Counted from the first letter of the stretch, positions 36,440-50,470 are shown. The stretch is DNA of 64,000 bases from Octopus sinensis (GCF_006345805.1 NC_042998.1:189100001-189164000); one strand, 5' to 3'. Made by a program: numbers and translations. Notes: generated from the sequence alone by a model not told the origin.

Positions 36440-38022
36440 CTCTTTTACGCTTTTACTTGTTTCAGTCATTTGACTGCGGCCATGCTGGAGCACCGCCTTT
36501 TGTCTAGCAAATCGACCCCAGGACTTATTCTTTGTAAGCCTAGTACTTATTCTGTCGGTCTCTTTGCCGAACCGCTAGGTTACTGGGACGTAAACACACC
36601 CCATCGGTTGTCAGGCGATGTTAGGTGGGACAAACACAGACACACAAACATATACACACACATACATATATACATATACATATATACGACGGGCTTCTTT
36701 CAGTTTCCGTATACCAAATCCACTCACAAGGCTTTGGTCGGCCCGAGGCTATAGTAGAAGACACTTGCCCAAGGTGCCACGCAGTGGGACTGAACCCGGA
36801 ACCATGTGATTCGTAAGCAAGCTACTTACCACACAGCCACTCCTGCGCCTATATATTTACTAATTTTATATTTACTCTTTTACTTGTTTCAGTCATTTGA
36901 GTGCGGCCATGCTGGAGCACCGCCTTTAGTCGAGCAACTCGATCCCGGGATTTATTCTTTGTAAGCCCAGTACTTATTCTATCGGTCTGTTTTGCCGAAC
37001 CGCTAAGTTACGGGGACGTAAACACACCAGCATCGGTTGTCAAGCAATGCTAGGGGGACAATTACACAAACACATACACACACATATATATACATATATA
37101 CGACAGGCTTCTTTCAGTTTCCGTCTACCAAATCCACTCACAAGACGTTGGTCGGCCCGAGGCTATAGTAGAAGACACTTGCCCCAAGATGCCACGCAGT
37201 GGGACTGAACCCGGAACTGTGTCATTCGTAAGCAAGCTACTTACCACACAGCCACTCCTACGCCTATATATTTACTAATTTTATATTTATTTTTATTTTT
37301 TCATTTATTTATTATTGCATTCTTTATTTTCATTTAAAAAGAAAATTCCCTTTTGGCCATTTTATTCTGTTCACCCACCTTTACTCTCTTTTCTCTCTTT
37401 TACTTGTTTCAGTCATTTTGACTGCGGCCATGCTGGAGCACCGCCTTTAGTCGAGCAAATCGACCCCGGGACTTATTCTTTGTAAGCCTAGTACTTATTC
37501 TATCGGTCCCGTTTGCCGAACCGCTAAGTAACGGGGACGTAAACACACCAGCATCGGTTGTCAAGCAATGCTAGGGGGACAAACACAGACACACAAACAC
37601 ACACACACATACATATATATATATACATATATACGACAGGCTTCTTTCAGTTTCCGTATACCAAATCCACTCACAAGGCTTTGGTCGGCCCGAAGCTATA
37701 GGAGAAGACACTTGCCCAAGGTGCCACGCAGTGGGACTGAACCCGGAACCATGTGATTCGTAAGCAAGCTACTTACCACACAGCCACTCCTACGCCTATA
37801 TATTTACTAATTTTATATTTACTCTTTTACTTGTTTCAGTCATTTGAGTGCGGCCATGCTGGAGCACCGCCTTTAGTCGAGCAAATCGACCCCGGGACTT
37901 ATTCTTTGTAAGCCCAGTACTTATTCCATCGGTCTTTTTTGCCGAACCGCTAAGTTACGGGGACGTAAACACACCAGCATCGGTTGTCAAGCAATGCTAG
38001 GGGGACAAACACAGACACACAA

Positions 38023-38053
<31 letters not shown>

Positions 38054-38340
38054 CATATATACGACAGGCTTCTTTCAGTTTCCGTCTACCAAATCCACTC
38101 ACAAGGCATTGGTCGGCCCGGGGCTATAGCAGAAGACACTTGCCCAAGATGCCACGCAGTGGGACTGAACCCGGAACCATGTGATTCGTAAGCAAGCTAC
38201 TTACCACACAGCCACTCCTACGCCTATATATTTACTAATTTTATATTTATTTATTTATTTTCATTTATTTATTATTGCATTCTTTATTTTCATTTAAAAA
38301 GAAAATTCCCTTTGGCCATTTTGTTTTCTGTTCATCCACC
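36440..38340 (-). mobile_element. Four tandem family-A SINEs arranged as a duplicated ~950-bp dimer
   Basis: Copies at ~36440-36850, 36870-37265, 37381-37797 and 37815-38225; a short spacer follows copies 1 and 3, and the same ~115-bp spacer follows copies 2 and 4. Confidence 0.95.
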
Positions 38341-39251
38341 TGTTTATTTTTTAATTCTGTTTGCTTACCACCTACCAACCCATTTCTTTCTTTCTTTCTT
38401 TCGTTCATTCTTCCTTAAAAACCTCACAAACATCGCCCTTATTCTCTGAATCACATTCCCTTCATCTTCATATATAAATATATAAACTCCGCCACCACTT
38501 ACAGCCCTTTTTCGCATCAGATTTTTAGCCTACTTCCCGTCATTTACCCCGTCTTGATACACCAGCGACAGCAATTTCTTTTGCAATCTATTGAGTTCAG
38601 GAGCGATTACTCTTTTAGCGACATCAGTTACAGCCTTTTTGCCATTCATCATAAATAATTAATTGTTTGTGAGAGAATAATAAAAAAAAGTCTGTTGTCA
38701 TCATCATTCCACTCACTCACTGCTGCTGATAAACATCTTTTCTTACTCTTCCTTCACTATTTTGTACATCTACCAGCCTCTCTCTCTATCCCTCTCTCTA
38801 TCTGTCTCTCTCTCAGTCTGTCTATTTATTTACATCGTGTATAATATTATCTGCCATTCTTTTCTCACTGCACCTCTGTTTCCTTCCGTCTTACGCCTTC
38901 TTTCTGGTTCAATTCGCATTGAATGCGTTCGTTGTCTTAAGTGCTTCTTTCCCTTCGTCCTTTTCCTTCCTCCCTCACTTTCACTTTCTGCTCCCTTACT
39001 ATCTTTATCTACCACATTGTAATTAATTAATTGTTCGGCAATTTGCTATGGTTATTTCATGTACATACTGTTTGTATGCTTGTGATGATCTCAATGTATG
39101 TACGTTAGGGTAAATCGTACATGCTGCCGTAGATAGAAACAGAAAAAAATAGTTTTCACATAATAATAAACAGCTAAAGGGAAAGTAGAATAAAAAGGTT
39201 TGTAAGATTTGTTAATAGAGGAGACTCACAAAGCAGATACATAAGCATATA

Positions 39252-39462
39252 TTTCTTTACTACCCACAAGGGGCTAAACATAGAGGGGGACAAACAAGGA
39301 CAGACAAACGGATTAAGTCGATTACATCGACCCCAGTGCGTAACTGGTACTTAATTTATCGACCCCGAAAGGATGAAAGGCAAAGTCGACCTCGGCGGAA
39401 TTTGAACCCAGAACACTTAACGGCAGACGAAATACGGCTACGCATTTCGCCCAGCGTGCTAA
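39252..39462 (-). mobile_element. SINE family B, slightly 5'-truncated
   Basis: TSD AAGCAGATACATAAGCATATA at 39231-39251 and 39471-39491. Confidence 0.95.
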
Positions 39463-39499
39463 GGGTACATAAGCAGATACATAAGCATATATATATATA

Positions 39500-40100
<601 letters not shown>

Positions 40101-40240
40101 CGTCCATATTATTCTATTGTGTATATCGGTCGTTTGAGCTTTGAAGAGGTTCATCAGCTGTTCAGAGCTGCAATCTTTTCTGGCCTAGGAAAAGATGGCT
40201 GCTACTTTTCAGAATACAGTATTTGCTATGCTTTATGAAT

Positions 40241-40567
40241 GGCGCAGGAGTGGCTGTGTGGTAAGTAGCTTGCTTACCAACCACATGGTTCCGGGTTCAG
40301 TCTCACTGTGGCACCTTGGGGACGTGTCTTCTACTATAGCCTCGGGCAGAACAAAAACCTTGTGAGTGGATTTGCTAGACAGAAACTGAAAGAAGCCCGT
40401 CGTATATATATGTGTGTGTGTATGTGTGGTGTGTGTGTGTGTGTGTGGTGTGTGTGTGTGTATGTGTGTGTGTGTGTGTGCGTGCGTTCGTGCGTGCGTG
40501 CGTGTGTGTGCATGCATGCGTGCGTGTGTGTGTGTGTGTGCGTGCGTGCTTGTGTGTGCGTGCGTGC

Positions 40568-40624
<57 letters not shown>

Positions 40625-40960
40625 GGCGCATGGCTCAATGGTTAGAGCGTCGCGCTTCCGATTGTGAGGTTGTGAATTCGATTCCCGCACCGGGCTGCGT
40701 GTTGTGTTCTTGAGCTCCTGTCCACTCAGCTCTTGAAATGAGTTGCGATGTCACTGGTGCCAAGCTGTATTGGCCTTTGCCTTTCCCTTGGATAACACTG
40801 GTGGTGTGGAGAAGAGAGACTTGTATGCATGAGCGACTGCTGGCCTTCCATAAACAACCTTGCCTGGACTTGTGCCTCAGAGGGTAACTTTCTAGGTGCA
40901 ATCCCATGGTCATTCATGACCGAAGGGGGTCTCCTACATATATGTGTGTGTGCGTGTGTA

Positions 40961-40991
<31 letters not shown>

Positions 40992-41222
40992 ATTTATGTA
41001 TGTATGCATATGTTTGTGTGTCTGTGTTTGTCTCCCCAACATCACTTGACAACCGATGCTGGTGTGTTTACGTCCACGTCACTTAGCGGTTCGGCACGAG
41101 AAGCCGATAGAATAAGTGCTAGGCTTACAAAGAATAAGTCCTGTGGTCGATTTGCTCGACTAAAGGCGGTGCTCCCGCCTGGCCGCAGTCAAATAACTGA
41201 AACAAATAAAAGAATAAAGAGT
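40241..41222 (+). mobile_element. SINE family A interrupted by a nested family-C SINE
   Basis: A 5' half 40241-40405, GT microsatellite, C insert, microsatellite, A 3' half ~41015-41222. Confidence 0.93.
40622..40933 (+). mobile_element. SINE family C (nested)
   Basis: GAAGGCGCATGGCTCAATGGTTAGAGCG..GGTCATTCATGACCGAAGGGGGTCTC. Confidence 0.93.
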
Positions 41223-41333
41223 GCGATTAGATCGCCATAAAAAATCCTCCAAAATTGTAAATTGTAGCCTGAGTTAATGCAAGTTTTTATACTACAAACA
41301 GTTGATTTTTCTTTTTTCATTATTTTGTGAAAG

Positions 41334-41670
41334 AGTATGGTTCAGTGGTTAGAGCGTCGGGCTCACAATCATGAGGTAGTGAGTTCGATTTCCGGACCGG
41401 GCTCTGTGTTGTGTTCTTGAGCAAGACACTTCATTTCACATTGCTCCTGTCCACTCAGCTGTTGAAATGAGTGGCGATGTCACAGGTGCCATGCTGTATT
41501 GGCCCCTTTGCCTTTCCCTTGGATAACATCGGTGGCGTGGAGAAGAGAGACTTGTATGTATGGGCGACTGCTGGTCTTCTATAAAGAACATTGCCCGGAC
41601 TTGTGCCTCAGGGTGGAACTTCCTAGGAGCAACCCTCATGGTCATTTATGAACGAAGTATGGTCTTCATC
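41334..41670 (+). mobile_element. SINE family C
   Basis: TATGGTTCAGTGGTTAGAGCG..GAGTTCGATTTCCGGACCGGG..GGTCATTTATGAACGAAG. Confidence 0.9.
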
Positions 41671-42004
41671 CTTTTATTATTTTAAGGTGGTCAACGAAGA
41701 AAAGCTGTTGGTTACCTTTTTCACTAGTTATTTACGTCATTGCTATCAATCCAGTGATGTAAGTTTGTAACTTTTATAGTTTTGTTAATGCTGTTTAGAT
41801 TTTTATACTCACTAGACTAACCTCGTATTTTTTTGAGTAAATTATCCTACATTTACGGATAGACCCAAAATTTTCTTTCTAGTCCTTAATATTTATAATT
41901 GTACGACGTTTAGTTAAATCTTCAATTCGTTGTTTAACTTTGATTGCGGGGATTTTGCAGTTTTACTGTATTGTTTATATTATTCTTTATGCTTGCACTT
42001 TTGT

Positions 42005-42152
42005 GGAGGCGCGTGGCTTAGTGGTTAGGGTGTCAATACCATGATCGTAAGATTGTGGTTTCGGTTCCTGGACCGGGTGACGCGTTGTGTTCTTGAGCAA
42101 AACACTTCATTTCAAGTTGCTCCAGTCCACTCAGCCGGCAAAAATGAGTAAC
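42005..42152 (+). mobile_element. SINE family C, 5' half only
   Basis: GGAGGCGCGTGGCTTAGTGGTTAGG..TTCTTGAGCAAAACACTTC..AAATGAGTAAC. Confidence 0.85.
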
Positions 42153-42521
42153 ACAAATATATATATTGGGTGATAGATATTTTGATACTGTTTTTATAAG
42201 ATGATACGACGTGAGTTTATGTATGTGTGCAACAGTCAATATAATACACTCATACACACACACACACACATACACACACACACACACACATACGTCGACA
42301 CACACATACATCGACACACATCCAATTGAAATCATTGGCGTCGACCCGAGCTATAGCAGAAGACACTTGCTCAAGGTACCACGCAGTTGAACAGAATCCG
42401 AAATCACGTGAAACGTGAGTGTATGTGTGTGGGTGCGTGCGTACGTGTGTGTGTGTGTGTATATGTGTGTGTATGTATGTATGTATATATGCATGCATGC
42501 ATGTATATATGTATGTATAGA

Positions 42522-42752
42522 AAGGCGGCGTTGGCAGACTCGTTAGCGCGCCGGGCGAAATGCTTAGCGGTATTTCGTCTGTCGTTACGTTCTGAGTTCA
42601 AATTCCGCCGAGGTCGACTTTGCCTTTCATCCTTTCGGGGTCGATAAATTAAGTACCAGTTACGCATTGGAGTCGATGTAATCGATTTAATCCGTTTGTC
42701 TGTCCTTGTTCGTCCCCTCTGTGTTTAGCCCCTTGTGGGTAGTAAAGAAATA
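42522..42752 (+). mobile_element. SINE family B, full length
   Basis: TSD TATGTATGTATAG on both sides; a small minus-strand family-A fragment lies at ~42325-42415. Confidence 0.94.
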
Positions 42753-43714
42753 TTTATGTATGTATAGTGTCATTAGCTGAAATCCAGTGATTCTCGATAT
42801 AGTGCTCAAAGGATTTGAACTTACACTCCGAAACCTTTACAGAAGACCAAATCCGAGAATTAAAGAGTGGATAAAGGAGGAATCCGGATGAGCAGATATA
42901 GAGACAATGATGCAAATGTATGTATATATATATGTATATATACAATATCAAGCAACGATCTCGATACTGTGGGATATATGCATGTATGTATGCATGTATG
43001 AGTGTGTGTATGTATGTACACAAACACATACGCATAAATATGCACTGTAATGACACACACACATATATACACGTATACATACATTTATAATATATACACA
43101 AACACGCACACACATGCACGTGCACCCACACACATATACACCACCACTATCACACAACACCACACACGTACACACCTTGAGGTGTCTCACAGTTTACGCC
43201 TACCAAATTCCCCTTACGTTACAGATTAGGCAAGACCGAAGCAGTTTTCCACGCATTTATGCGTTTCGATTGTTCTGATGATAGATGAATGGCTGCGTTA
43301 CATGTTGCATCTTACCTTCTGAAAACTTACGAGACAATGGAATAATTTAGAAAATAATCAGCCATGCATGTCTTCCCGTATATATCATTAAACGAAAGAA
43401 GAAAGTTAACCTAGCGCAAGTGATTAGGTAAGAAAGATAAAATGAGTGATAAAATGGAGGAAATGAGGCTAAAAATAAAAGGAAATGGCCTGCAACTAAA
43501 ACAAAACGTAAAATGGCGTTGGATGGAGTCGGAAGACGACGAGATAAGCACGAGTATTATTATGCCGAAGGTATTTTGGACATTTCTTTGAAGAGAATGA
43601 GATAGAAACTATATATATTGATATACGAGAATAATTAATGATAAAGTATGATTCCCTATCTATAAATGCTTAGAAATATGTTTAAATACACATGCACATT
43701 CATACATATATAGC

Positions 43715-43838
<124 letters not shown>

Positions 43839-43922
43839 AGTGTAGGTGGTGTACGAGTGGGTGTATATTTATATAAAAAGAAGTTTGAAAACGCCACAAG
43901 ATACATTTTAATTTTCTTAGAG

Positions 43923-43970
43923 ATTTTACATGTTTCGGTTCTTCTTGAAAAAACGAACCTTATCAAAAAT
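43923..43970 (-). ncRNA. Hammerhead motif with compensatory U3-A8 pair, GUA site
   Basis: Minus strand: ATTT TTGATAA GGTTC-(13 nt)-GAACC GAA ACATGT A AAAT; the element runs ~90 nt further to (TA)n at ~43835. Confidence 0.7.
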
Positions 43971-44124
43971 AGTTTTAAAAGTTAAGTGTAATAAAAAAAA
44001 GGTTCATAATTGTTTCTTACTAATCTCAACAGAGTCCACGTTGTGGTGTTTTGTGGGTGGGGGAAGCATACTGGCTGTCTTGTGCGTTGACTAGATTCGT
44101 TGGCTGTAATTATGGAATTTCCAC

Positions 44125-45100
44125 AACTTGTCATGAACTTACTTTCAGTTCATCTTTGGTGTTACAAGGAGTTTTGTTCGTCTCTCGCTCAACTGCGCCT
44201 CACACATAATAATCAAGGGAGTTGGAGTCTAGGGAGTTAGGTGGCCAGATGTTAGGGGTGACGTGGTCACAGAAATTGTCTGACAGCCATGACTGGATTG
44301 TCCTTCTTGCGTAGCATGGTGCAGATTCCTGTTGCTAGACATAGGGTTTTCTATTAGCCACCCTCTTGACCCAGGGCAGCACTACCTCTTCCAGGCACTT
44401 GATGTAGGCCTCCGTGTCAAGTCTGAGGCCGTGTGGGAAGATGAATGGAGGCATAACGTCGCTATCACTAGTAATCATTCCAAATACCATGATGTTGATT
44501 GGATGTTTGATTTTTATCACTCTCTGAACATGTTTTGGGGACGCGACAAACCAACAGTTGTTCTGTGTGTTCACCATCTGATCCTGGCAGAATTTTTTCT
44601 CGTCTGAGAAGAACCAAAGCATGTTCGGTTGGAGAGGATGCTTGAGTTTGTTCAAAAGCTTCGTAGCGCGGTCTATCTTCTTGCCCTTGATGACTTGGGA
44701 TAAAAATTGGCCCTTTCTCATCTTGTATGAGGAATACCGAATGTCTTCATGCACTACCTGCCTGATAAGCAACTCAGACACTCCCATGATGCTCCTGGCA
44801 ATGGACCTGATTGACTTGGATAGATCGTTGTCAATCATGGCCTGGATCTCACCAACAAATACAGGAGTTCTTTTCTTATCAGAACGATCAGAGTGAGTTT
44901 TCCTAGCTGCCTTACTTTCTTAACCTCCATTAGACTCATCCAACTCTTTCCGAATCCTCTGCACTGTACTGTCCTCAGATTGGCACCCAAACACTCTGAA
45001 ATATTTGTATTGGACCTTTCGACGCGAATTGCATCGTGGTGGGAATTGCATCGTGGTGGGAATTGCATCATGGTGCTGTTTTTCTCACAGTGAATTGCAT
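44125..45100 (-). pseudogene. Tc1/mariner-superfamily DD37D (maT-type) transposase pseudogene
   Basis: ORF 44335-44838 contains WFFSDEKKF and KHPINIMVFG; it continues past a stop as QQESAP..(37 aa)..WPPNSLDSNSLDYYV*G. N-terminus to ~45070; no TIRs recognised. Confidence 0.93.
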
Positions 45101-45849
45101 CATCGTGCTGGATATTTTAATATAACTAGTCCATATCGCATGTATCAAGCCTTTATCTAATAACAGTTGTCGTGTGTTTTTTACGTAAAGATTTGCAAAG
45201 TCTGCTCGGTCCAGATGCATATTCAACTACCATAAATTGTGATGCTAACGTTACTAATACTACATCTGTTATTATTTCTGTCCTTTGTTTTAACCTATTC
45301 AGTCAATTCAATCTTGTATACTACTCCACTTACAAAAAAAACTGACTGTGCTTAGCTAAAAATGACCAACTTTCAGTTAGAATCGAATAACACACTGTTG
45401 CTGACCGATCAAGCATACTACCTTGCGTTAATAATATTCAATACATTTCTCTAGTCAGCATTTTATTAGATATTCCAGGGAGTTAAGAACCTTTTTAGCT
45501 CATTCATTTTTGTTGGGTGGGGGGTGTTTTTTTCTGGTTTTTTTTTTTTTTTTTTTTTACAGGAAAACAATTCTGTTATTCGACAAGACCTATCAAAGCA
45601 GCTTCCTGCTATCACTGTCAGTGAAATTACACGGGATTTTTAATATAGAGTGCATTTGCTGCTTTTGATGAGTTCTTGTAGGATCCTATTGTTCATAAAA
45701 CACAAACACACATACAAGTACACAACCAAACAAAATACATAACACGCAATGTATACATAATATACATAACGCACAGCACACAACACACTCGTACACACAA
45801 ATTACGCAGCGCATAGGCACACCATTAATTAGACCTTCCCTGCTCTCCC

Positions 45850-46033
45850 CCCTCTCTCTCTCTTTCTCTTTTTCTCTCTCTCTCTCTCTCCATCTCTCTC
45901 TCTCTCTTTCTTTCTCTCCCTTTCTCTATCTCTCTTTCTCTACCTCTCTTTCTCTCTCCCTCTACTTCTCTATTTCTCTTTCTCTTCTCTCTCTCTCCCT
46001 TTCTCTCTCTCTTTCTTTCTCTCTCTCTTTCTT

Positions 46034-46064
<31 letters not shown>

Positions 46065-46118
46065 TTCTCTGCCTCTCTTTCTCTCTCCCTTTTCTCTCTC
46101 CCTCTTTCTTTCTTTCTT

Positions 46119-46149
<31 letters not shown>

Positions 46150-46530
46150 GCCTCTCGTTCCCTCTCCCTTTCTCTTTCACTCTCTTTATTTCTCTCTTTC
46201 TCTTCTCTTTCTCTCTTTCTCTATCTCTCTTTCTCTTTCTCTGCCTCTCGTTCCCTCTCCCTTTCTCTTTCACTCTCTTTATTTCTCTCTTTCTCTTTCT
46301 CTTCTCTTTCTCTCTTTCTCTTCTCTTTCTCTCTTTCTCTGTCTCTCTTTCTCTTTCTCTGCCTCTCGTTCCCTCTCCCTTTCTCTTTCACTCTCTTTAT
46401 TTCTCTCTTTCTCTTTCTCTTCTCTTTCTCTCTTTCTCTATCTCTCTTTCTCTTTCTCTGCCTCTCGTTCCCTCTCCCTTTCTCTTTCACTCTCTTTATT
46501 TCTCTCTTTCTCTTTCCCTTCTCTCTCTCA
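45850..46530. repeat. CT-rich tract with ~60-70-bp repeated units (..CTCTGCCTCTCGTTCCCTCTCCCTTTCTCTTTCACTCTCTTTAT..)
   Basis: Direct reading; about 4-5 units. Confidence 0.92.
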
Positions 46531-46919
46531 TTCACTCACTCTTTCTCGCCACTTCTATCCCTCGGTTTTCTATTTTTCCTTCTTAATTCCATGTATTAAT
46601 TCTTTATTTTCCATCCCTCTCTTCTTCGTAGGTTTTGTTATTAATGTTCTCGTCTCCACCGCCTTCCCTTTGCTCTCTGCTTTTGTTTCTGTTTTTTGGA
46701 GGGAGCTGCTCTGTTGTTTAATAACTTAGTCAGAAATGAAGGGAACAGTGCTCACGAGACTAATGGAAGGAAAGGAGGAAGCTATTCTCAGTCCAAAGAC
46801 CTGACCGAAATCTTTGTAAACAAAATGGACTCCATTAATGTCACTCAAGTACCAGATGGTGCTGTTAGACCTGGCGAAGAATTAAGTCTGCCCCCTAAGC
46901 CTTACCATCTCTTCCTCTA

Positions 46920-47768
46920 GAAACCTTTCTTTCTCATCCTCTCCGCTTTTTTCCTCTCCCTCTCTCTTTCTTTTTCTCTCTTTTTCTCTCTCCCTCCCTT
47001 CCTTTGTCACGCGCTCACTCTCTTTCCCTTGCTCTTTCTCTGTTGCTCTTTCTCTTCATCTTTATCTATCTGTATCACTATCTTTCCGCTTTCTCTCTAG
47101 TTTAACTTTCTTCTTATCTCTTTCATTTCCTTCGTTTTTATTTTTCTCAACTGTCTTTAACTTTTGCCTCTCTCTACCAGCCCACTCTCTATCTCTCCCT
47201 CTCTCTCTCTCCTCTCTCTCTTTCTCCCTCCCTCTCTCCTCCCTCTCTCTCTCTCTACTCCTTTCTCTCTCTATCTCTCTCTCTCTCCTTCCCTCTCTCT
47301 CTCTACTCCTTTCTCTCTCTCTCTATCTCTCTACTCCTTTCTCTCTCTCTCTCCTCTCTCCCTATCTCCCCCTCTCTCTCTCTCGCTTCTTAGCTCTTCA
47401 TCTCCTTTCTATATATTTATCTCTCTTCTACGTACATTACATCTCTAGTTCATCTCTTTTTCTTCGATTTATGAGTCCTTTTGTCTTTTTCGGGATTCTC
47501 TTTTTTGATTTCATTCAGTCTTTTTCCCTCTATTACTTCCTAATTTCTCTATCTGTCACCATAACTCTTTTTCGCTCTCTCTCTCTCTCTCTCTCCCTCT
47601 CTCTCGCTCTCTCTCTCTCTCTCGCTCTCTGTCTCTGTCTCTCTCTCTCTCGCTCTCTCTCTCTCGCTCTCTCTCTCCCTCTCTCTCGCTCTCTCTCTCC
47701 CTCTCTCTCTCTCTCGCTCTCTGTCTCTCTCTCTCCCTCTCTCTCTCGCTCTCTCCTCTCTCTCTCTC

Positions 47769-47817
<49 letters not shown>

Positions 47818-47990
47818 ATATATATATATATATATCCTCCATTTCACAGTCACTTTCTAACTCCCTTTACTACTTTACTACTCTCACTCTCTTTCTCATT
47901 ACACTTCTCTTTCCCTTACTTCTCTGTCTTTCTCTCTCTCTCTTCCTCTCTATCTCTATCTCTATCTATCTATCTATCTATTTCCCTATT
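46920..47990. repeat. CT/(CTCG) low-complexity tracts
   Basis: Direct reading. Confidence 0.9.
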
Positions 47991-48282
47991 TTCCAACTCC
48001 CTCTCTCTAACAACATTGCCTTCATCCTTTCTCCCACACATTCCTACTAAACCACGTGTCTCTCTCCTTTTCCTCTTCATTTCTTCCCTCTTTCCAGCCA
48101 TTCGGATATTTACACTGTTCATTAGCACAATTAACTAAACCCTCCTCCTTATCCTCTCGACCATTTTCTGTATATCTGAGTTTCTCTCCCTCTCTCTCTC
48201 TCTTTCTCTCCCTCCTTTTTATATTTTCCTTCTCACATCTTTTCGTTCTCTTATTGCATTGCTTCTTTTCCTTTGTATGAGG

Positions 48283-48355
<73 letters not shown>

Positions 48356-49332
48356 GACAGAGAGAGAGACAGACAGACAGACACTTACAAACATGCATAC
48401 ACATATATTTATGCATATTTCTATGCACAAATCGATACATTTATTTATATATATATATATATACATATATACATATGCATACATATACAGACATATATAT
48501 ATACATACATTCATACATACATATATACATACATACATGCATACATACATACAAAAATACACACATGCACACATATCCATGTTTATGGATTAGTGTCTTT
48601 GCACATATGTGTGTGTGTTTGTGTGTGTGCGTGTCTGCGTGTGTGTGCATGTGTTTATGTGGGTGTGTACTTTTTTCACAATTGTTTTGTTTATTTTTTT
48701 AATTTGTACTCTTGTCATTCTTCCTCTTTACCCATTTTACACATCACATTTATTAAAATACACATCTAAATCCTCACCCATTCTCTATTTGCCTTTCTCT
48801 TCATCCCCTCTCTTCCCTTTTTCTCGCGTTCTCTCTTTATATCTCTCTTTCTCTCTCTCTCACGCGCATGCACACACACACACACGCGCACACACACGTA
48901 CATACACAGGCACACTCTTCTTTCTCATCAATATTCACGACGACCGACCGATCAAGCGTTGCTCATCACCGGCGTTTAACGGCCATGTCACCCGCCAGAC
49001 ATTAATTCAGAACTGTCGTTAGTCCAGTCCCTATTGCACAATGACGACCATTCTCTCATTTCTGCCACCATCATCATCATCATCATCATTGTTACCATTT
49101 CCGTTACAGCCGACGCCATTATTGCATGTCCTGATACGCCATTATTTCCCTGGTACCATTGTTTGTATTGCAATCAAGTCGTTTGCAATATTAGCGACAA
49201 CAGCTATCTAAGGGAAAGGTGAGACCACCCTGCGGGCTGAACAATTTTTGCAAATAATGAGCATATATATTATATTTGTTAGTGTGCATATATTATGTGT
49301 GTTTTGTTGAATTTTCTGCTGCTTTAAATAAA

Positions 49333-49399
<67 letters not shown>

Positions 49400-49408
49400 T
49401 ATATATAT

Positions 49409-49441
<33 letters not shown>

Positions 49442-49699
49442 TTATTTATATATATGTCATAAAAGACCTTGCAACCTGGATATCACTCAACAGAATCAGT
49501 TTGCCCTACAAAATTCTAACTTAACAGAGGCTATATAAAACCAAGATGATTCTTAATACAACACAGTCAAAGATTGCTTAGCTGACTTAGATTTCGAAAC
49601 CACTGTCAATACTATCTTGTTGAAGAATATTAATTTTGCACGCTGCCAAATGTAATTCTTGAATAATCTTTGACTTTAATGTAAAATTGTTTTTAATTT

Positions 49700-49752
<53 letters not shown>

Positions 49753-50136
49753 TATCAACAGTTATCGCCAAGCTAATATGGCAGTCCATAAATATAGGAA
49801 GACAGCTGCTGTTGATTAGCTCCAAGAGGCCATCGCCTCTAGCTAGCTATATGACACACAATATAATGTGTCTATTATAATCTTCGAACAGGGAAGGTCA
49901 GCCGCTTCCCCTTGCTGCTCAGGCATTTACAGACATGTTTCAGGGTATTTGCCCCTTATCAATGCAGAGTAGCCGAACCCAGCAGACGTCGATGCTGACC
50001 GTCTGTTCGAAAGTTATAATGGACACAGGTTCGTGTGTCATATAGCTAGCTAGAGGCGATGGCCTCTTGGAGCTAATCAACGGCAGCTTTCTTCCTATAC
50101 ATATGGACTGTCATATTAGCTTGGTGATAACTGATA
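49753..50136 (-). mobile_element. Foldback element (~150-bp arms) with a hammerhead in the ~90-bp loop
   Basis: Arms 49753-49902 and 49994-50136 are inverted repeats (for example AGCTCCAAGAGGCCATCGCCTCTAGCTAGCTATATGACACA and its complement); the left end abuts (TA)n. Confidence 0.85.
49928..49966 (-). ncRNA. Hammerhead motif, U3-A8 variant, GUC site
   Basis: Minus strand: TGCA TTGATAA GGGG-CAAATA-CCCT GAA ACATGT C TGTA. Confidence 0.72.
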
Positions 50137-50179
50137 ATATCCAGTACCGCTGCCGTAGTCTCCTTTAGAGAGACTCAGA

Positions 50180-50470
<291 letters not shown>

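Noticed and set aside
36440-38340. CRISPR-like regular repeats (also 17621-18397 and 16646-16711)
   Set aside because: Eukaryotic SINE tandems or simple tandem repeats; no short repeat/unique spacer structure and no cas genes.
40125-40160. CTGATGA..CAAACGAC on the minus strand
   Set aside because: No stem II and no GAAA; a chance match.
48988-49222. Minus-strand terminal exon after CTCACCTTTCCCTTAG
   Set aside because: It gives only a 21-aa unremarkable peptide; the acceptor is simply the reverse complement of the plus-strand donor region.
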